From contig NW_021829066.1 of the NCBI RefSeq assembly GCF_006345805.1, positions 1 through 6,985 on the forward strand: a stretch of 6,985 bases of DNA. Direction: 5' to 3'. The DNA comes from Octopus sinensis (lineage: Eukaryota). Position 1 is the stretch's first letter. The number at the start of each line of letters is the position of its first letter. Of the stretch, positions 6,536 to 6,985 are shown piece by piece. A program made the position numbers and the translations under genes. A model generated the notes under the pieces. It was given only the letters and a program-made list of their open reading frames with translations. It had not been told where the DNA came from and ran no database searches.

Positions 6536-6756
6536 GTGTGTGTGTGTGTGTGGTGTCCTAACATCGCTTGACAACCGATGCTGGTGTATTTACGTCCCTG
6601 TAACTTAGCGGTTCGGCAAAAGTGACCTATAGAAAAAAAAATTTTTTTTCACAAAAAATAAGTCCTGGGGCCGATTTCCTCGATTAAAGGCGGTACTCCA
6701 GGATGGCCACCGTCAAATGACTGAAACAAGTAAATGCGTAAAAGAGTAAAGAGTAA
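6311..6756 (+). mobile_element. SINE family A copy, full length
   Basis: ggcgtaggagttgctgtgtggtaag (A-box-like), B-box GTTCAGTCC at 6361-6369, internal (TA)/(TACA)/(TG) tract at 6470-6550, tail gtcaaatgactgaaacaagtaaa...aaaagagtaaagagtaa. Confidence 0.95.
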
Positions 6757-6884
6757 GTGTTTAGATGTTTCACTCAGCCCTTCATTGCGAACGCATTCCT
6801 TAGATTAGATTCTACTCGCGTTGAGAAGATGAAATAAACGGGGAAGTTTTTGAAACCAGATTCGGGAGAAGGTTAAAGATATTG

Positions 6885-6892
6885 TGACGTCA
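6885..6892. promoter_or_regulatory. Perfect CRE/ATF palindrome TGACGTCA in the right arm (function unproven)
   Basis: Mirror copy of 5230-5237. Confidence 0.4.
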
Positions 6893-6947
6893 TAAACAGA
6901 ATAGAAAATAGTTGAAATTCCTTTGGAATAAAGAAATAATTCTTAAG

Positions 6948-6985
6948 CACACATATACACATACACACGGACACACACACATATA
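6948..6985. repeat. (CA)/(TA)n-rich microsatellite running off the window end
   Basis: cacacatatacacatacacacggacacacacacatata. Confidence 0.85.

Larger units (their letters stand above)
6096..6947 (-). repeat. Right arm of the long inverted repeat (about 6096-6307 plus 6757-6947), split by a family-A SINE
   Basis: Reverse-complement anchors to 5180-5756. The sum of paired coordinates shifts by 449 across the SINE (5409+6264=11673 versus 5244+6878=12122), matching the SINE length of about 446 bp. Confidence 0.9.

Noticed and set aside
6626-6712. A9/T-run segment replacing the usual aataagtac...cttacaaagaataag in the SINE, resembling a terminator or hairpin
   Set aside because: The changes turn mixed sequence into homopolymers just downstream of a long microsatellite, which looks like low-quality base calling; raw reads are needed before treating it as biology.

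Overview
AT-rich, non-coding eukaryotic DNA (intron or intergenic). I see no credible protein-coding gene; the supplied ORFs are microsatellite or SINE read-throughs. More than half of the window is tRNA-derived SINEs of three families, labelled here A, B and C, plus (TA)n/(CA)n microsatellites. From memory these match the very abundant Octopus SINEs (OK/OR1/OR2 type), so the source is probably an octopus genome; this is inference, and family names need a Dfam/Repbase search. The main unexplained structure lies in the apparently unique DNA. A ~0.5-0.6 kb non-SINE unit occurs as two diverged inverted arms (~5180-5756 and ~6096-6947), the right arm split by a later SINE, and probably as a third, direct copy (~4090-4435). 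Its best-conserved block contains a perfect TGACGTCA (CRE/ATF) palindrome. Also present: a SINE nested in a SINE with a visible target-site duplication, a one-head/three-body tandem SINE array with a ~184-bp period, and 3' stem-loops with compensatory changes.
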